From: Pseudomonadales bacterium
Lineage (GTDB): Bacteria > Pseudomonadota > Gammaproteobacteria > Pseudomonadales > Azotimanducaceae
Length of the DNA: 64,000 nucleotides
Assembly (NCBI GenBank): GCA_965267195.1
Contig: OZ253942.1
Location: 3,270,310-3,334,309, forward strand
Reading direction: 5' to 3'
Below the pieces are notes generated by a model. That model made no database searches. It worked only from the letters and a program-made list of their open reading frames with translations, and was not told the DNA's origin. Numbering within the stretch: the stretch's first letter is position 1; each line of letters opens with the position of its first letter. The position numbers and the translations under genes are program-made. Below, piece after piece: positions 62,591 through 64,000 of this stretch.

Positions 62591-63712
62591 ATGGCGCACT
62601 TCGAATACAAAGACAGTCCCTATCCCATCCGGGAAGATATTGGCGAAACACTTCGCGCTTTCTGGGCGCGTCTTGCCTCACCAGGCAGTTGGTGGACGGG
62701 GGATGAAAGAGTAAAGATCGCGGCAGAATGTCGCGCCGCTCGTGATTGCACATTCTGCAAAACAAGAAAAGAGGCGCTGTCCCCGTACACTGGTGAGAAC
62801 AATCACGACGCGGTTACGGATTTACCGGCAAGCGCGGTGGATGCGGTGCATCGCATTGTCACCGATCAGACGCGGATCACTCGAAACTGGATAGAAAGTA
62901 ACGCTGCCGGTGATCTAAGTGTTGAGAAATATGTGGAGCTTGCGGGGATCGTTGTTGCTGTATTGAGTATTGATGAATTCAATCGGGCGTTGGGCATTCC
63001 GTTTGAGCCACTGCCGGAGCCAGTTGCCGGTGACCCCGATCGATATGTGCCTGCCAACCTCGTCACCGGTACCGGCTTTGTACCAATGATTGCAGCAGAT
63101 GGCGCTGTTGGAGACGAAAGCGATCTCTGGTCGCCGAACTTCGCAGCCAACGTGATTCGTGCGCTATCTCTTGTGCCAAATGCGGTGAGGGATTGGGTCA
63201 GTATTGCTGGTGCCCTGTACCTGACTCCCGCAGGCATGGCGAACTTTGTTGGCCAGGACGATCGAAGTATAGATCGCGCACAGATGGAAATTGTTGCGGG
63301 TAGGGTGTCCAGTTACAACGAGTGCTTTTACTGAACCAGTGCTCACGCAACCATGCTCCGTGTGAGCATGCAGGCAACAGAGCGCAACATTGATCTGCAC
63401 GTGATCAATGGAGAAGCTGACGGTGTCGCTGAGGTGCCATTTGCCAACGAACTGTCCGATTTTGCGGAGGCGGTGGCCAGTTTTGATGAAGAGAAGTTGC
63501 TACCTGCGAGGCAGGCATTGCTGGAAGCGGCGGGAGAGGCTGTGTTGGTAGATGCAGCAGGTGTCGCCGGTAACTTCCAGCGAATGGTGCGGATTGCTGA
63601 CTCCATGGGAATCCCGGTGGATTCTATGGATAACGAGGTCCAGAACCAGGTTCGCCAGGAACTGGACCTTTATCGTTTCAGGAGTTCAGAGAACTCGGTG
63701 AATCCTGCCTAA
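62591..63712 (+). CDS. AhpD/CMD-like peroxidase-related protein, putative selenoprotein (in-frame TGA at 63332-63334 read as Sec)
   Basis: ORFs 62591..63334 and 63353..63712 share one frame and are split only by this TGA. Read-through gives RVSSYNECFY-U-TSAH, the AhpD-type E..VS..N.C.YC...H motif with U at the second Cys. A hairpin follows the TGA. Confidence 0.7.
63340..63368 (+). promoter_or_regulatory. candidate bacterial SECIS hairpin
   Basis: The 9-bp stem TGCTCACGC / GTGTGAGCA (one G-U pair) has an 11-nt loop AACCATGCTCC. It starts 6 nt after the TGA. Confidence 0.5.
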
Positions 63713-64000
63713 GCCTTGCGTTTTACCTTCACCATCATCTTGGTGTAACCCTTCACGAAAGAAGAGTAGGTACGTTCCGGCTCTTCAAGCACTTCAATTT
63801 TCTCGAAGCGTGCCAGGATTTCTTCCCAGATGATTCTCAGTTGCAGTTCTGCGAGTCGGTTACCCATACATCGATGGATGCCGAATCCGAATGACAGGTG
63901 GTTACGAACGTTAGGTCGATCGATGATCAACTCGTCTGGATTCTCAAAGACGCTGTCATCGCGATTACCTGAGACGTACCACATCAACATCTGATCGCCT
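63709..64000 (-). CDS. cytochrome P450, C-terminal part (gene continues beyond window end)
   Basis: Heme-binding loop FGFGIHRCMGNRLAE. The frame is open to the window edge. The stop overlaps the convergent AhpD-like stop. Confidence 0.88.
   Translation of the reverse strand, partial: GDQMLMWYVSGNRDDSVFENPDELIIDRPNVRNHLSFGFGIHRCMGNRLAELQLRIIWEEILARFEKIEVLEEPERTYSSFVKGYTKMMVKVKRKA

Noticed and set aside
63353-63712. A 119-aa ORF treated as an independent gene, or the 62591/63353 pair treated as a pseudogene broken by a nonsense mutation.
   Set aside because: The ORF is in the same frame as the upstream ORF with a single TGA between them. The TGA lies exactly at the conserved redox Cys of the CxYC...H motif, a hairpin follows, and no separate RBS is visible. 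Selenocysteine is more parsimonious, though a pseudogene cannot be excluded without the rest of the genome.

Overview
Chromosomal window from a gammaproteobacterium. Gene order closely parallels the Pseudomonas/Cellvibrionales-type core layout; the taxon is an inference from synteny only. Positions 1-13.2 kb hold the contiguous S10-spc-alpha ribosomal protein operons (rplC, truncated at the edge, through rplQ), including secY, an untracked rpmJ and rpoA. Positions 13.2-42.2 kb are dense housekeeping genes: a class-V aminotransferase, uvrA, a YajR-like MFS transporter, ssb, uppP, a LON-N domain protein and mpg. They continue with proA-nadD-rsfS-rlmH-mrdA-rodA-mltB-rlpA-dacA-ybeD-lipB-lipA, then moeB-prmC-prfA-hemA on the minus strand, a TPR lipoprotein with lolB, tRNA-Gln, and prs-rplY-pth-ychF. 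The stand-out locus is a four-gene minus-strand operon at 42.17-44.82 kb. It encodes a secreted 128-aa precursor with eleven EGKCG motifs, a DUF692 multinuclear non-heme iron oxidase (MNIO), a DUF2063 partner and a DoxX membrane protein. This is a methanobactin/bufferin/HvfA-type Cys-modifying metallophore system with an unusually long, nested-repeat substrate. The second notable item is at 62591-63712. Two ORFs in the same frame are separated by a single TGA that falls on the second Cys of an AhpD/CMD-type CxxC motif (NECFY-TGA-TSAH), and a hairpin follows immediately. I read this as a selenocysteine-containing AhpD-like protein that ORF callers would split. The remaining 45-64 kb is accessory-looking. 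It holds a stand-alone EF-G paralog, a large DUF5916/CBM9-like outer-membrane protein, an HD hydrolase, a crotonase, an MscS-like channel and an RND pump pair without an outer-membrane factor. It also holds a translationally coupled trio (S1P-lyase-like PLP enzyme, C45 Ntn-hydrolase, FkbM methyltransferase), a VOC protein, a CMD protein, an NHL propeller and a truncated P450. I saw no rRNA, CRISPR array, transposase or integrase. All calls rest on reading the translations and sequence by eye; no searches were run.
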